A stretch of 64,000 nt of DNA from positions 1 to 64,000 of the IMG/VR virus record IMGVR_UViG_3300043418_000072; one strand, written 5' to 3'. A model generated the notes under the pieces. That model searched no databases and had not been told where the DNA came from. It saw nothing but the letters and a program-made list of their open reading frames with translations. Positions 37,800-47,897 of this stretch are shown here, piece by piece. Numbering within the stretch: position 1 is the first letter of the stretch; the number at the start of each line of letters is the position of its first letter. A program made the position numbers and the translations under genes.

Positions 37800-38456
37800 A
37801 TGGATAAAAATATGACAGACGTACAACCAGAAAACAATGCCGTTACTGCGGTAGTTAAGCAGCCTGATGAACAAGGCAACATGACTATCCGCGGTCACAT
37901 TAAAATTTCGGACCCAGAAACAGGGGAAGTGTTTATTGATAAGCCAAACGCTATTCACTACGAAAATATCAGTGAAGCAATGGCCTACAGTTTAGCTGAC
38001 AAAAGCGGAAACTTCATTAACGTAATGAATTTTGGTAACGGTGGTACAAGTGTTGACCCAACTGGCGTTATTAACTACTTGCCAACTAACACAAACAGTC
38101 AAAACGCTGCATTGTATAATCAAACATTTAGTAAAAACGTTGACGATACTAGCATTGCTAACTTAGACCCAACTAATAATAAGATGGAAATCCGTCATAT
38201 TCCTGGGCAAGTGTTTACAGACATTCTAGTAACATGTCTATTAGACTACGGCGAGCCTTCAAGTCAAGCAGCGTTCGACAATAGCCAGAACTTAACTGAA
38301 GCCTTTGTTTTTGATGAACTAGGTTTGTTCAGTACTGCTGGAAAAATGCTTACTCACGTGGTATTCCACCCAGTACAAAAAGCTCTTAACCGCAAAATTC
38401 AAATCGACTATACAGTGCGTATTCAAGCCTTGACTAACCTAAGCGCGATCGGATAA
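37800..38456 (+). CDS. Structural protein, tail-collar/fibre attachment-like (start 37800 or 37812)
   Basis: FGNGGT...FVFDELGL...LTHVVFHPVQK...IDYTVRI. AATAAATA box at 37787-37794 argues against the 37773 start. Confidence 0.55.
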   Translation: MDKNMTDVQPENNAVTAVVKQPDEQGNMTIRGHIKISDPETGEVFIDKPNAIHYENISEAMAYSLADKSGNFINVMNFGNGGTSVDPTGVINYLPTNTNSQNAALYNQTFSKNVDDTSIANLDPTNNKMEIRHIPGQVFTDILVTCLLDYGEPSSQAAFDNSQNLTEAFVFDELGLFSTAGKMLTHVVFHPVQKALNRKIQIDYTVRIQALTNLSAIG

Positions 38457-38462
38457 TAACGT

Positions 38463-39929
38463 ATGTCATACCTAGTTAATAAAACAGACGGCCAGTTACT
38501 TGCCACTATCTTAGACGGACAAACCAATGGCTCTGCCAGCAGTATTGTTTTAATCGGTAAACAAGTAACAGGCTATGGTGAAATACAAAACGAAAATTTT
38601 GTACACATCATGGAAAACTTTGCAAATAGCATTGATCCTGCTCACCCATTGGCGGGCCAATTGTGGTGGAACACCGCAGCTAACACTATGCAGGTGTTTG
38701 ACGGAGCAAACTGGCGACCAGTAACTGGTTTTACTAGTGCAGCCACTGCCCCATCTAATGCTTATATTGGCGATCAGTGGTGGGATACAACTAACGACCA
38801 GTACAGAATTTACAATGGCACTGAGTGGGCTCTAGTGGGACCATCGTATAGTAAACTAGACGGTAAAAGCGGCGCATTAGTTGAAACAGTTTATGACACT
38901 GGGCTAACTAAACACACAGTTATTAAACTATATCATAACGGAAACGTAACTGCAATTATCAACCGCGATGCAGAGTTTACTCCAAACGTGTCAATCTCTG
39001 GCTTTACAACAGTACAGCCTGGTATTAGTTTTACTAGCGAAGTTGATGCTATTAAGTTTTACGGTACAGCAACAAACGCAGACACATTGGGTAACTTAAC
39101 TCCGAGTCAGTTCTTACGCAGCGACATTGATTCAACAACTACGGGTACATTAAGTGTCAATGGTCAACTTAACGTTGGACAAAATAACGAATTTAATGCA
39201 ACAGTTAACGGACTTAGTCAAGTAATTCTAAAGAATACAGCAAACAACCAAGACCTGCAGATTAAAGTAACAGTGGCTAACGCATTAACCACTGCATTGG
39301 TGGTAAGTGGAACAGACGGCTTAGTAACAGTTGCACAAAATCCTGTTGATGCAATGGGGGTCGCAACTAAGGGCTACGTTGACGCAGTAGCTGACAATTT
39401 ACGCAACGATACATCTGCAGAAATACTAGCTAACGTTGCAACAATCAACGTTGACTTAACAACTATGCGTGCCAACACAGCGGCTGCTAACGTTGCGATT
39501 AACATTTTGCGTGGTGGTAAAGCAAACATTGCTGGACCAACATTCACAGGTAACGTACAAGCACCTACCCCAACCGCAGGCGATAGCTCTAATAGAATTG
39601 CAACAACAGCATTTGTTGCAAACGCAATTGATATCTTTGACGCGACACAAATCTATAACAATACCACAAATGTAAAAGCAAATGATGGTTCTATTGATTT
39701 GGTTGCTAGCGGTATTACTACTGCAACTATCACTAGCAGCGGTATTACTACTGCAACTCGTCCGCAAAACGACAATAACACTTTTGCTGCTACTACAGCA
39801 TACGTGGATCGCGGCGACAAGAACTTTGTATTAAACTCGGTTAAGTATCAGCCAACGTGCTATGTGTCAGACCAGTTACCGAATAACAGCATTGGCGCAA
39901 ATGGCGACCTTTGGTTCCAATACCAATAA
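38463..39929 (+). CDS. Tail fibre protein
   Basis: N-terminal ENFAN...GQLWW and GDQWWDT modules; DAMGVATKGYVD and IATTAFV fibre repeats. Confidence 0.75.
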   Translation: MSYLVNKTDGQLLATILDGQTNGSASSIVLIGKQVTGYGEIQNENFVHIMENFANSIDPAHPLAGQLWWNTAANTMQVFDGANWRPVTGFTSAATAPSNAYIGDQWWDTTNDQYRIYNGTEWALVGPSYSKLDGKSGALVETVYDTGLTKHTVIKLYHNGNVTAIINRDAEFTPNVSISGFTTVQPGISFTSEVDAIKFYGTATNADTLGNLTPSQFLRSDIDSTTTGTLSVNGQLNVGQNNEFNATVNGLSQVILKNTANNQDLQIKVTVANALTTALVVSGTDGLVTVAQNPVDAMGVATKGYVDAVADNLRNDTSAEILANVATINVDLTTMRANTAAANVAINILRGGKANIAGPTFTGNVQAPTPTAGDSSNRIATTAFVANAIDIFDATQIYNNTTNVKANDGSIDLVASGITTATITSSGITTATRPQNDNNTFAATTAYVDRGDKNFVLNSVKYQPTCYVSDQLPNNSIGANGDLWFQYQ

Positions 39930-39938
39930 GGATAATTA

Positions 39939-41519
39939 ATGGCTAGCGAATTAGAAACCGTTGTTACCGTCCCGCTTTCGTACATAGGCGGGCGCTACGT
40001 TTTAACCATGCCAGAATTTGGATTCACTGGTAAAGTTGGATTCAACTTATGGGGTGCCGGTGGCGGATGCGGCGGCAATGATTCTCATCACGGCGGCAAC
40101 GGCGCAGGCGGCGGCTACGTTGAGGGTATTATTAATCGTGTTAAAGCTGGGGCAACAATTGAAGTATTTGTTGGGCAAGGCGGCGGCGCTGGAGGATCCA
40201 GTTCCGGCGGCGGTGGCGGATATAACGGAAAAAGTGGAACAGGCTTTAGCGGGGGCGCTGGCGGCAATGCAGGACCAGCTGGCTGGTCGGGTGGCGGCGG
40301 CGGCGGAGGTGGCGCCACTGTAGTTGCTATTAACGGACGTCCTGTTGCAGTTGCAGGTGGAGGTGGTGGCGGAGGTGGAGGCGGAAATCACGGATTTGGT
40401 GTAGACGCTGGAATCTCATTTAACCACACCTATAAAGACAATGTAGCACTAACTGATCAGTCAAAAGGCATCGCAGGCGGAAGCCATCACGGAGATGGTG
40501 GCGGTGGTGGCGGCGGGGGTGGCGGCATTGCCGGCGGCAGTGGCGGATATCCCTCAGGTGGCGACAGCGGCGGCGATTGCGGATCCAACGGAACTAACGA
40601 TGCACGTTCTGAACAACCTGTGTTTACAGGAGAGTACTGTAATTACAAAGTACCGGGTGGATTTAATTCTCCATTATATCCAGGCAGTAACGTTGGGTTC
40701 GGCGGAGCAAACGATGCAGCCGCTAGCTATTATCCCAATGGTGGCGCAAACGGTGCATGGAGCTGGTTGTTAAACACATACAGCGTTTGGCAAGGCAACG
40801 GCAATTATACTTACAGCGTATACTTTCCTGCTTCGCAAAACTATCAATTTGATCTAGCGATTGACAACTACGGTTGGTTGTATGTAGATGATGTTGAAAT
40901 GGTGTATGCACCGAGTTTCAACGGAGTATGGTCAGCAACACACTTTATTGCAGCAGGTTGGCACACAGTCAGAGTATATGGTATTAACACAGGCGGCCCG
41001 GGCGCAATTGGCGCACAGATTTTACAAAACGGGACACAGATTTGGAATACTCGCAGCGCGATTAATCCTAACGATGGATCTAGAACCGCACAAGGTGGCA
41101 ACGGGTATGCAATTATCACATTCTACAGATCGTCGGGATTCTTTGTAAAGAAAGACGGAGCTTACACTCTCATTCGTCCCCGCGTAAAGGTTAATCATGT
41201 ATTTGCAGCTAGGCTGCACACATGGGTTAAGATTGACGGGGAATGGCGCAGCGCCAATGGATCAGACACTGTGGTTTTTGATCAAGATAGCGTAAACTGG
41301 AGCGATAGCGGATTGCCATCAGATTTTATTACTCCTCCAACTTACTACTTAGGTGGCGACGGCGGAGGCGGCGGATGGGGCGGTGATGGCCAGTCAGATA
41401 GTGGCAACGACGGAACTGACGGAGATGGTGACGGCGATGGCGATGGCGACGGAGGAGATGGCGGAGGCGGCGGAGGAGATGGCGGGGGCGGCGGCGATGG
41501 CGGAGGCGGTGACGGTTGA
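39939..41519 (+). CDS. Glycine-rich fibre/adhesin with PA14-like beta domain and Gly/Asp C-terminal tail
   Basis: Poly-Gly tracts with GGGGGATVV...VAVAGGGGG pattern (polyglycine-II bundle type). YQFDLAIDNYGWLYVD...GWHTVRV domain. Confidence 0.65.
   Translation: MASELETVVTVPLSYIGGRYVLTMPEFGFTGKVGFNLWGAGGGCGGNDSHHGGNGAGGGYVEGIINRVKAGATIEVFVGQGGGAGGSSSGGGGGYNGKSGTGFSGGAGGNAGPAGWSGGGGGGGGATVVAINGRPVAVAGGGGGGGGGGNHGFGVDAGISFNHTYKDNVALTDQSKGIAGGSHHGDGGGGGGGGGGIAGGSGGYPSGGDSGGDCGSNGTNDARSEQPVFTGEYCNYKVPGGFNSPLYPGSNVGFGGANDAAASYYPNGGANGAWSWLLNTYSVWQGNGNYTYSVYFPASQNYQFDLAIDNYGWLYVDDVEMVYAPSFNGVWSATHFIAAGWHTVRVYGINTGGPGAIGAQILQNGTQIWNTRSAINPNDGSRTAQGGNGYAIITFYRSSGFFVKKDGAYTLIRPRVKVNHVFAARLHTWVKIDGEWRSANGSDTVVFDQDSVNWSDSGLPSDFITPPTYYLGGDGGGGGWGGDGQSDSGNDGTDGDGDGDGDGDGGDGGGGGGDGGGGGDGGGGDG
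41353..41516 (+). repeat. GC-rich low-complexity GGC/GAT/GAC codon repeat encoding (GD)n/(GGGGD)n
   Basis: Seen directly at the 3' end of the 39939 ORF. Confidence 0.85.
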
Positions 41520-41575
41520 TCCTATTGTAAAAGCACCATAAAACTAAGATAAATAACTAATAATCAGGTAAAAGA

Positions 41576-43117
41576 ATGTCGTATACAATATCATTATCAA
41601 ACGGGCAATCACTTTTCGGAGCCGATGGGTTGCCGGATGGAACAATTGACACCACTTCTACTAGCTTGGCATTAGTTGGTAAAAACTACCCTGGCTACGG
41701 CGTGTTCCTTAACAGCAACTTAGTTCACTTAGTTGAAAACTTTGCTAACTCGTCTGCTCCTATCGCAGCATTACCGGGTCAAATCTGGTTTGACTCTGCA
41801 AACAAGTCGTTAAAAGTAAACGTTGCAAGCGCAGTGGGAACAGAATCGTGGAAAGTACTTGCTGGTATCACTAACGCTGCAACTAAAGCAGCTATCACTA
41901 TTGCCCCAAATGTGGGCGAGTTTTGGTGGGACACTACTAACAACCAACTTAAAGTCTATAGCGGATTGCTATCACAAGGTGATACAGGTTGGGTAACAGT
42001 GGGTCCAGCAAGTAACACAACTACTGGTCAAACCGGTGCACAGCCCGACACAGTTGTTGACGTAGGATCAGTTTCGCACGTGGTTGTTAAGTTCTACATT
42101 GCCGGCGGCGACCCTGTTGCTATCTTGAGTAAAGACGTTGAATTTACACCTAGTGCCACTATTCCGGGTTTCCAGACTATCAAGCCTGGGTTTAACTTGA
42201 GCACAGCTACTACTAACCGTTTGCAATATTTCGGTAACGCCAACGTTGCAATGAGCTTGATGGTTAACGGGTCAGTTGTAAGCGCCAGCAACTTTACCCG
42301 GTCTGATGTAGTAACAACTAGTACAGTGCCGATTATCACAAGCAACATAGCGGGATTGGCAATTGGCCCAACCAGCGATTTTGTAGTTAACGTAACCCCT
42401 GCAACCACTTCAGTTGGTTTGTATAACACAGACAACAATTACGATACCGTTTTCTATGTTAAAACAGGCGGCGTAACTACTCCAGTTCTAAAAGCAAACG
42501 GCGCACTGGGCGCATTGCAATTATACAATGACCCAACAACTGGTTTGGGCGTTGCAACCAAACAGTATGTTGACTTAGCTAACGCTTCGATTGCGTCGAC
42601 TATGTTAAAACGAGATGGTACAACTACTATCACAGGATCATTGACACCTGCAGCCAACGTAACGTATAATCTAGGTTCTAGTACAGCTTGGTTTAACGTC
42701 ATGTACGGTAAATCCTACCAAGCACAATACGCTGACTTGGCAGAACGCTTTGCTGCTGATGCAGCTTATGAAAAAGGTACAGTAGTTGAATTAGGTGGCG
42801 ACAAAGAAGTTACATTAGTCAAGGATGATCTTAGCGATGCAGTGTTTGGTGTTGTAAGCACCGGTGCTGCTTATTTGCTAAACTCCACAGTTGGTTCAGA
42901 CAAGTCGCATCCGGCCATTGCATTAGCAGGACGAGTACCGGTTAATGTAGTTGGTATAATTACCAAAGGCGACCGCTTAGTGAGCGCAGGCAATGGATTT
43001 GCTAGAGCAGGAACCAAAGAGGAAATTACTCCGTGGAACGTAATTGGGCGAGCACTAGAGAACAAAACCACAACCGGCAATGGCGTAATTGAAGCTATTG
43101 TTAAAGTTAATAGCTAA
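41576..43117 (+). CDS. Tail fibre protein with C-terminal chaperone/autoprocessing-like domain
   Basis: N-terminus paralogous to 38463. C-terminal AQYADLAERF...GTVV.LGG.KEVT...GRVPV...KGDRLVS domain. GATAAATA box at 41548-41555. Confidence 0.75.
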   Translation: MSYTISLSNGQSLFGADGLPDGTIDTTSTSLALVGKNYPGYGVFLNSNLVHLVENFANSSAPIAALPGQIWFDSANKSLKVNVASAVGTESWKVLAGITNAATKAAITIAPNVGEFWWDTTNNQLKVYSGLLSQGDTGWVTVGPASNTTTGQTGAQPDTVVDVGSVSHVVVKFYIAGGDPVAILSKDVEFTPSATIPGFQTIKPGFNLSTATTNRLQYFGNANVAMSLMVNGSVVSASNFTRSDVVTTSTVPIITSNIAGLAIGPTSDFVVNVTPATTSVGLYNTDNNYDTVFYVKTGGVTTPVLKANGALGALQLYNDPTTGLGVATKQYVDLANASIASTMLKRDGTTTITGSLTPAANVTYNLGSSTAWFNVMYGKSYQAQYADLAERFAADAAYEKGTVVELGGDKEVTLVKDDLSDAVFGVVSTGAAYLLNSTVGSDKSHPAIALAGRVPVNVVGIITKGDRLVSAGNGFARAGTKEEITPWNVIGRALENKTTTGNGVIEAIVKVNS

Positions 43118-43131
43118 TATCGGAATACAAA

Positions 43132-44127
43132 ATGGCATACGGATCAGGAAATCAAATTATTGCGTTAGACTACAACACCTTTGCACAAGGTGGTGCGTCA
43201 GTTAACCATGCAGTAGCAAACATCAACACCATTTGGGGCACAGGACAAGGCGACAAAGGCTATGGACAAAGCACAGTGTTGTCAACAGTTGCAGGCGGTA
43301 CAGATACGGTAACTGCTACCCAATGGGCAACAATGATTTCCCGTTTAAACAGTATGCTAACTCACCAAATCGGATCGGGTTCGGGCATCACTGCACCAAC
43401 AGCAGGCGCGACTATTGCGTACCTAAACACATTAAGCTCAAGCATAACCACAGCGTTTAACAACCGTCTAAATGCTGCATCTAACGGAACGGACGTTGCT
43501 GGAACAGCAACTAACAGTGTGTGGAGCACTGGTGCACCAACTACATTCCAGATTATTAAAACAGCATCTTGGGCAAGTGCAGATCAAGCACGTTACTTCT
43601 TTAATGCTGGCGGCAAACTAATCCTTACATTTGGTACAGTTACTAACTCAGCAGGTAACAGCAAAGGTGCTGATTGGGCAACTCTAATTAACACTAAATT
43701 CAGTAGCATTACAGTTGGTGGTTACTCAAACGTGCGTAACGGCACTGGCGGTACTGCTGGTTTTACTAACAGTGCAATCGGATACTGGAATGCCGGTACA
43801 AGTAACAACTCAATGATTAACTTAACCTCTGCATCTGGTACAGCAGATTATGGCTCCAACTCTATTGCAGTTGGTATCAAGACAAACGGTGTACAAGGTA
43901 GCAATGGAGACGTTGGGTCTATTATGACGTTCCAAATTGATTTAAGCGATGCAGCAGCAGATACAAACATTGCACCAGCAGGTATTCCGGCATATACTCC
44001 AGCTGGTACAGCACCATCTCAAGGTAACTTTAACGATTCGTTGAACCTAACTATCCCAGTAAGCATTACAATCAGGCCACCAGAGACATCAAACCTATCT
44101 GGTATTGTTAACCCAACAATCGCGTAA
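43132..44127 (+). CDS. Virion structural protein (Thr/Ala/Gly/Ser-rich), last gene of the tail module
   Basis: Composition and position. Followed by a terminator. Confidence 0.55.
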   Translation: MAYGSGNQIIALDYNTFAQGGASVNHAVANINTIWGTGQGDKGYGQSTVLSTVAGGTDTVTATQWATMISRLNSMLTHQIGSGSGITAPTAGATIAYLNTLSSSITTAFNNRLNAASNGTDVAGTATNSVWSTGAPTTFQIIKTASWASADQARYFFNAGGKLILTFGTVTNSAGNSKGADWATLINTKFSSITVGGYSNVRNGTGGTAGFTNSAIGYWNAGTSNNSMINLTSASGTADYGSNSIAVGIKTNGVQGSNGDVGSIMTFQIDLSDAAADTNIAPAGIPAYTPAGTAPSQGNFNDSLNLTIPVSITIRPPETSNLSGIVNPTIA

Positions 44128-44128
44128 T

Positions 44129-44156
44129 ATTAAAAGCACTTTCGGGTGCTTTTAAT
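44129..44156 (+). terminator. Intrinsic terminator, probably bidirectional
   Basis: ATTAAAAGCAC-T-TTCG-G-GTGCTTTTAAT stem with UUCG loop and A/T tracts on both sides. Confidence 0.85.
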
Positions 44157-44186
44157 TTGACTCTTTCCTTTCCCTTTGTGTATAAT
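44157..44186 (+). promoter_or_regulatory. Near-consensus sigma70 promoter for the modification cluster, probably leaderless
   Basis: TTGACT (44157-44162), 18 nt, TATAAT (44181-44186). The ATG at 44193 is 6 nt later and has no SD. Confidence 0.75.
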
Positions 44187-44192
44187 TGTGTT

Positions 44193-44507
44193 ATGAGTAA
44201 CATACCTACGATTGTGGACCAAATTCGATTAGCCACTAACTATCAAAAGAACAAGCGCATACTACGGGAGCGCATCCAAACTGATCTGCATTTTGCACAT
44301 AATGGCGGTTTATTTAAAATCACTCCGGGCCTGATCTCTTTTGTAAAAGAATGGCCTGTTGACGAACTGTACATTGAAGATGTGTACGAGAATCCAATTC
44401 AAGTGGATAGACAGGTATTCTTAGTGCAAGCACAACAACATTACAGTCGAGTTATGAATGAATGGCATCAACAACATGCAGAACTTAAAAAGATTAGAAA
44501 AATCTAA
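44193..44507 (+). CDS. Hypothetical protein (start 44193)
   Basis: ORF; the upstream TTG start lies inside the -35 box. Confidence 0.65.
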   Translation: MSNIPTIVDQIRLATNYQKNKRILRERIQTDLHFAHNGGLFKITPGLISFVKEWPVDELYIEDVYENPIQVDRQVFLVQAQQHYSRVMNEWHQQHAELKKIRKI

Positions 44508-45303
44508 GGGCGTGTTATTGTTTGCATTTAACAATGCAGATACTGATTACATTAAGCTAACCAGCAACACTATTCGCTTGATTAAGCATAACCTCGGCTT
44601 GCCAGTTACGTTAGTAACGGGCTTAGATGAAGTAGTTGATTTTGAAGTTGATAACATAGTACGCATTGAATCACAAGGTGGCAACACACGTTACAGCACA
44701 GAGCTAGGTCAACGTGTACAGTGGCGAAACTTTGGTCGGTATATGGCCTACGAGCTTAGTCCATACGATGAAACTATTCTTATGGACACTGACTACCTTG
44801 TATTAGATAACAGTCTATTGACATATTTTGATACAACGTGGGACTACTTAATTCCACATCGTAATATTAATTTGGGACAAGATGAATTTGCGGATACCAT
44901 GGGCATGTACAGCTTGCCATTTATCTGGGCCACAGTTATCTTGTTTCGCAAAACAACCAAAGCAGAAACGCTATTTGATTTAGTGGGACGAGTGCAGCGT
45001 AATTACGATTACTATAAGATGTTATACAATATCCCTGCAACTAATTATCGTAACGATTATGCGTTTGCGATTGCAGATTATTTGGTTAACGGTTACCAGA
45101 CTGATAAACAAACGCAGTTACCACAGCCTTTATTAACTGCCACTGGGCAGCTACAAAGTATTAATAGGATTGGATCTTTACTGCACGTCAAAGACACTAA
45201 CGAAGGCTATGTTATCCCATTGGGTAATTTACATGTCCTGAGTAAAGGATATTTACTTAGTAACAACTTTAAAACATTTGTGGATCAGCACTGTGCAGCA
45301 TAA
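44476..45303 (+). CDS. GT-A fold glycosyltransferase (GT8-like)
   Basis: GVLLFAFN...SPYDETILMDTDYLV with intact DxD; late H..K motif. Confidence 0.7.
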   Translation: MQNLKRLEKSKGVLLFAFNNADTDYIKLTSNTIRLIKHNLGLPVTLVTGLDEVVDFEVDNIVRIESQGGNTRYSTELGQRVQWRNFGRYMAYELSPYDETILMDTDYLVLDNSLLTYFDTTWDYLIPHRNINLGQDEFADTMGMYSLPFIWATVILFRKTTKAETLFDLVGRVQRNYDYYKMLYNIPATNYRNDYAFAIADYLVNGYQTDKQTQLPQPLLTATGQLQSINRIGSLLHVKDTNEGYVIPLGNLHVLSKGYLLSNNFKTFVDQHCAA

Positions 45304-46135
45304 AGAACAACAGGGATTTTTAACTATTGCACAAAACGGCAATGCAGATTATCTGCGAATGGCCTACGTGCAAGCATTGAGTATTAAGGCAGTGACACCG
45401 GGTGCCAGGTATGCAGTTATTGTAGACGCAGCTACTATGGCACAAGTGTCAGAGCAACATCGCAAGGTGTTTGATTATGTAATTGAATTAACACATGATT
45501 ATTCAACTGGTACTGATTGGAAGTTAGCAAATGAATGGCAAGTATTTTGGCTTACTCCTTTTAAGGAAACGATCAAGCTGGAAGCAGACATCGTGGTTAC
45601 ACGGGACATGACACAGAGGTGGGACCTATACCGTATGCGTGATGTGGTATTGGGACTAGGATGCAGAAACTATCATGGCGACCAAGTGCCAAGTCCATAT
45701 CGAACATTGTTCGTAGACAATGAGTTACCTGATGTATATAATGGACTGATGTATTTTCGTTATAGTAAAACAGCATTAGAATTCTTTAAGGTCGCAAGAG
45801 AGCTGTTCCTTACGTGGGAGCAGGTTGGGGCAGAGTTTAAGCGAACAGCAACTACTCAGGCCACTACAGATTTCGTATATGCAGTGGCCTCTAACATTGT
45901 TGGTAGAGAGTTAACTACGTTACCCGGGGTTGGAACAAGTTTTGTACACATGAAGCCCGGTATTAATGGATGGCCGTCGGATACTGAATTTCATAGGGCA
46001 GTTAATGTAGTAGTAGATGCACCAGATATTAGAATCAATAATGTGCTGCAACTATTTCCGGTCCATTATCATTACAAAGACTTTATCACAGATGAGATAA
46101 TTAGAGATTATGAACGAGCTGCCGGAGTTAATTAA
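45278..46135 (+). CDS. GT-A fold glycosyltransferase paralogue
   Basis: GFLTIAQN...TPFKETIKLEADIV (ExD), VYNGLMYF, FVHMK, HYH. Aligns by eye with 44476. Start may be GTG 45293. Confidence 0.7.
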   Translation: MWISTVQHKEQQGFLTIAQNGNADYLRMAYVQALSIKAVTPGARYAVIVDAATMAQVSEQHRKVFDYVIELTHDYSTGTDWKLANEWQVFWLTPFKETIKLEADIVVTRDMTQRWDLYRMRDVVLGLGCRNYHGDQVPSPYRTLFVDNELPDVYNGLMYFRYSKTALEFFKVARELFLTWEQVGAEFKRTATTQATTDFVYAVASNIVGRELTTLPGVGTSFVHMKPGINGWPSDTEFHRAVNVVVDAPDIRINNVLQLFPVHYHYKDFITDEIIRDYERAAGVN

Positions 46136-46460
46136 AGCATTTGGTTTGATTGAACCAGAGGTTGCGCAAACCATTGAATATCGTTTATACTACGATGTAC
46201 ATGGTAATGCCCTGTACATGGGTATGGGTGATAGTAAAGGTACTAATTATATCACTATACCAAAATCAGTTTATGATAGAGCAACAGTACATAACCTAAA
46301 AGTTGTAAATGAACAGTTAATCACAATCGATGCTGGTACAATGTGGTTGCAGTTACGTAAATCAACAAGTGGGTACGCAGTAGTTAAGAACCATCCTGCG
46401 CTGCTAATAGAACAAGACGAAGAGTATACAGACATCGAATACTATGACAGAAATAATTGA
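46110..46460 (+). CDS. Hypothetical protein
   Basis: ORF coupled within the operon; no motif recognised. Confidence 0.6.
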   Translation: MNELPELIKAFGLIEPEVAQTIEYRLYYDVHGNALYMGMGDSKGTNYITIPKSVYDRATVHNLKVVNEQLITIDAGTMWLQLRKSTSGYAVVKNHPALLIEQDEEYTDIEYYDRNN

Positions 46461-47343
46461 CGTTGCAGACCTGGACTGCATCTTCCTTACATATGATGAA
46501 CCTAAAAAAGAAGAATTCTGGATTCAGATACAGAATGTCGTTCCTTGGGCCAAGCGGGTGGATGGCGTTAGCGGGAGCGATGCTGCACACAAAGCAGCGG
46601 CAAGAGCTAGTGACACGGACCGCTTCATTCTTATTGACGGAGACAACCTCCCCGATCCTTCTTTCTTTAACCGGCAACTTAGTATTGATGATACTAATCG
46701 TGATTGTGTATTTAGATGGAGAGCAAGGAATATTATAAATGGATTACAATATGGCAATGGTGGGATTTCGTGCTGGACTAGGAGCTTTGTCGAATCTATG
46801 CGCACACACGAAGCCACTGACGGTAGTCATGAGACACAAGTTGAATTCTGTTTCCATCCTCAATACTGGGCTATGGCCGACTGCTACAGTACCACGCATC
46901 CGAATGCCACTGCGTTCCAGGCTTGGCGTGCAGGATTTAGGGAAGGCGTTAAAATGTGTTTGGACCGTGGACGTAAACCAAGTTTATCTGATTTCAAAAA
47001 TAGCGTTGTTAGGCGAAACCTTGACAACTTATCTATCTGGCACAACGTGGGATCAGATGTGGAAAATGGACTGTGGGCAATGGCAGGTGCCCGCCAAGGT
47101 ACTTACAACACCATGCTCTCAGACTGGGACTACACAGAAGTCCAAGACTTCCAAAAGTTAAAAGACTATTGGGATAACACGGTACACAAGTTTGATGTTA
47201 TTGACTTTGTAAACTTATACAGCGTTGAATTGACGAGATGCTTGGACTTACCTATTATTGACTTGGACGAATACCAAAGTAAATTTTTCAAACATCACTA
47301 CAATAGTCAGTTTAAGAATAAGGGAATCATGTGCAGAGAATAA
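46444..47343 (+). CDS. GT-A fold glycosyltransferase (GT2-like)
   Basis: CIFLTYDEP...AAHKAAARASDTDRFILIDGDN with DxD; GNGG; AWRAGFREGVK. Confidence 0.7.
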   Translation: MTEIIDVADLDCIFLTYDEPKKEEFWIQIQNVVPWAKRVDGVSGSDAAHKAAARASDTDRFILIDGDNLPDPSFFNRQLSIDDTNRDCVFRWRARNIINGLQYGNGGISCWTRSFVESMRTHEATDGSHETQVEFCFHPQYWAMADCYSTTHPNATAFQAWRAGFREGVKMCLDRGRKPSLSDFKNSVVRRNLDNLSIWHNVGSDVENGLWAMAGARQGTYNTMLSDWDYTEVQDFQKLKDYWDNTVHKFDVIDFVNLYSVELTRCLDLPIIDLDEYQSKFFKHHYNSQFKNKGIMCRE

Positions 47344-47897
47344 AAGGCATGATAGTCATTGGTACTGCTCGCAGTGGTAGTCACATGACCTGCGACATGC
47401 TTTATAACGAGTCGCAGTTGCCTGAAAAACTTATACTAGGTGAAGTCACTGAGCTGCCTGATATAGCTGACAAGTTTGTGTATTGCAGCATTGTGCAAAA
47501 CTGGGTAAAGATTGCGCTAGCAGTAGACATTAGTTGGACAAGTGATTACTATGTGGTTAATTTACGCCGTAGAGACAAAGTAGCACAGTATCTAAGTTGG
47601 TGCGTGTTTAGGGCGCAAACACAGGCTAGCATAAGCAAACATTCGCCGGACTGGAATGACTATAAAGACTTGTTACCGTGGGAGTCGACTAAGGACGACA
47701 TAGAGCAATTTCTAATGGAACAATATTTGGACTTTGCAATTACACCAAATGAGATTGTCTATTACGAAGATATGATCAAGTCCTGCAAGACAACTAAGTT
47801 TAAGCAGAACCAATACCCGATCCCTCCCCAAGAGATAGTAACCAATTACACATTAGTTAAAAACATGTTAGAGAAATTTTCATATGACAACAGGTAA
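47331..47897 (+). CDS. Sulfotransferase-like protein (Stf0-like); start may be ATG 47349
   Basis: IVIGTARSGSH PAPS-binding loop, LRRRDKVAQYLS 3'-phosphate motif and YED. Confidence 0.6.
   Translation: MQRIKGMIVIGTARSGSHMTCDMLYNESQLPEKLILGEVTELPDIADKFVYCSIVQNWVKIALAVDISWTSDYYVVNLRRRDKVAQYLSWCVFRAQTQASISKHSPDWNDYKDLLPWESTKDDIEQFLMEQYLDFAITPNEIVYYEDMIKSCKTTKFKQNQYPIPPQEIVTNYTLVKNMLEKFSYDNR

Noticed and set aside
39939-41519. Horizontal acquisition suggested by high GC
   Set aside because: Explained by glycine codons. Non-Gly segments look like the rest of the genome.
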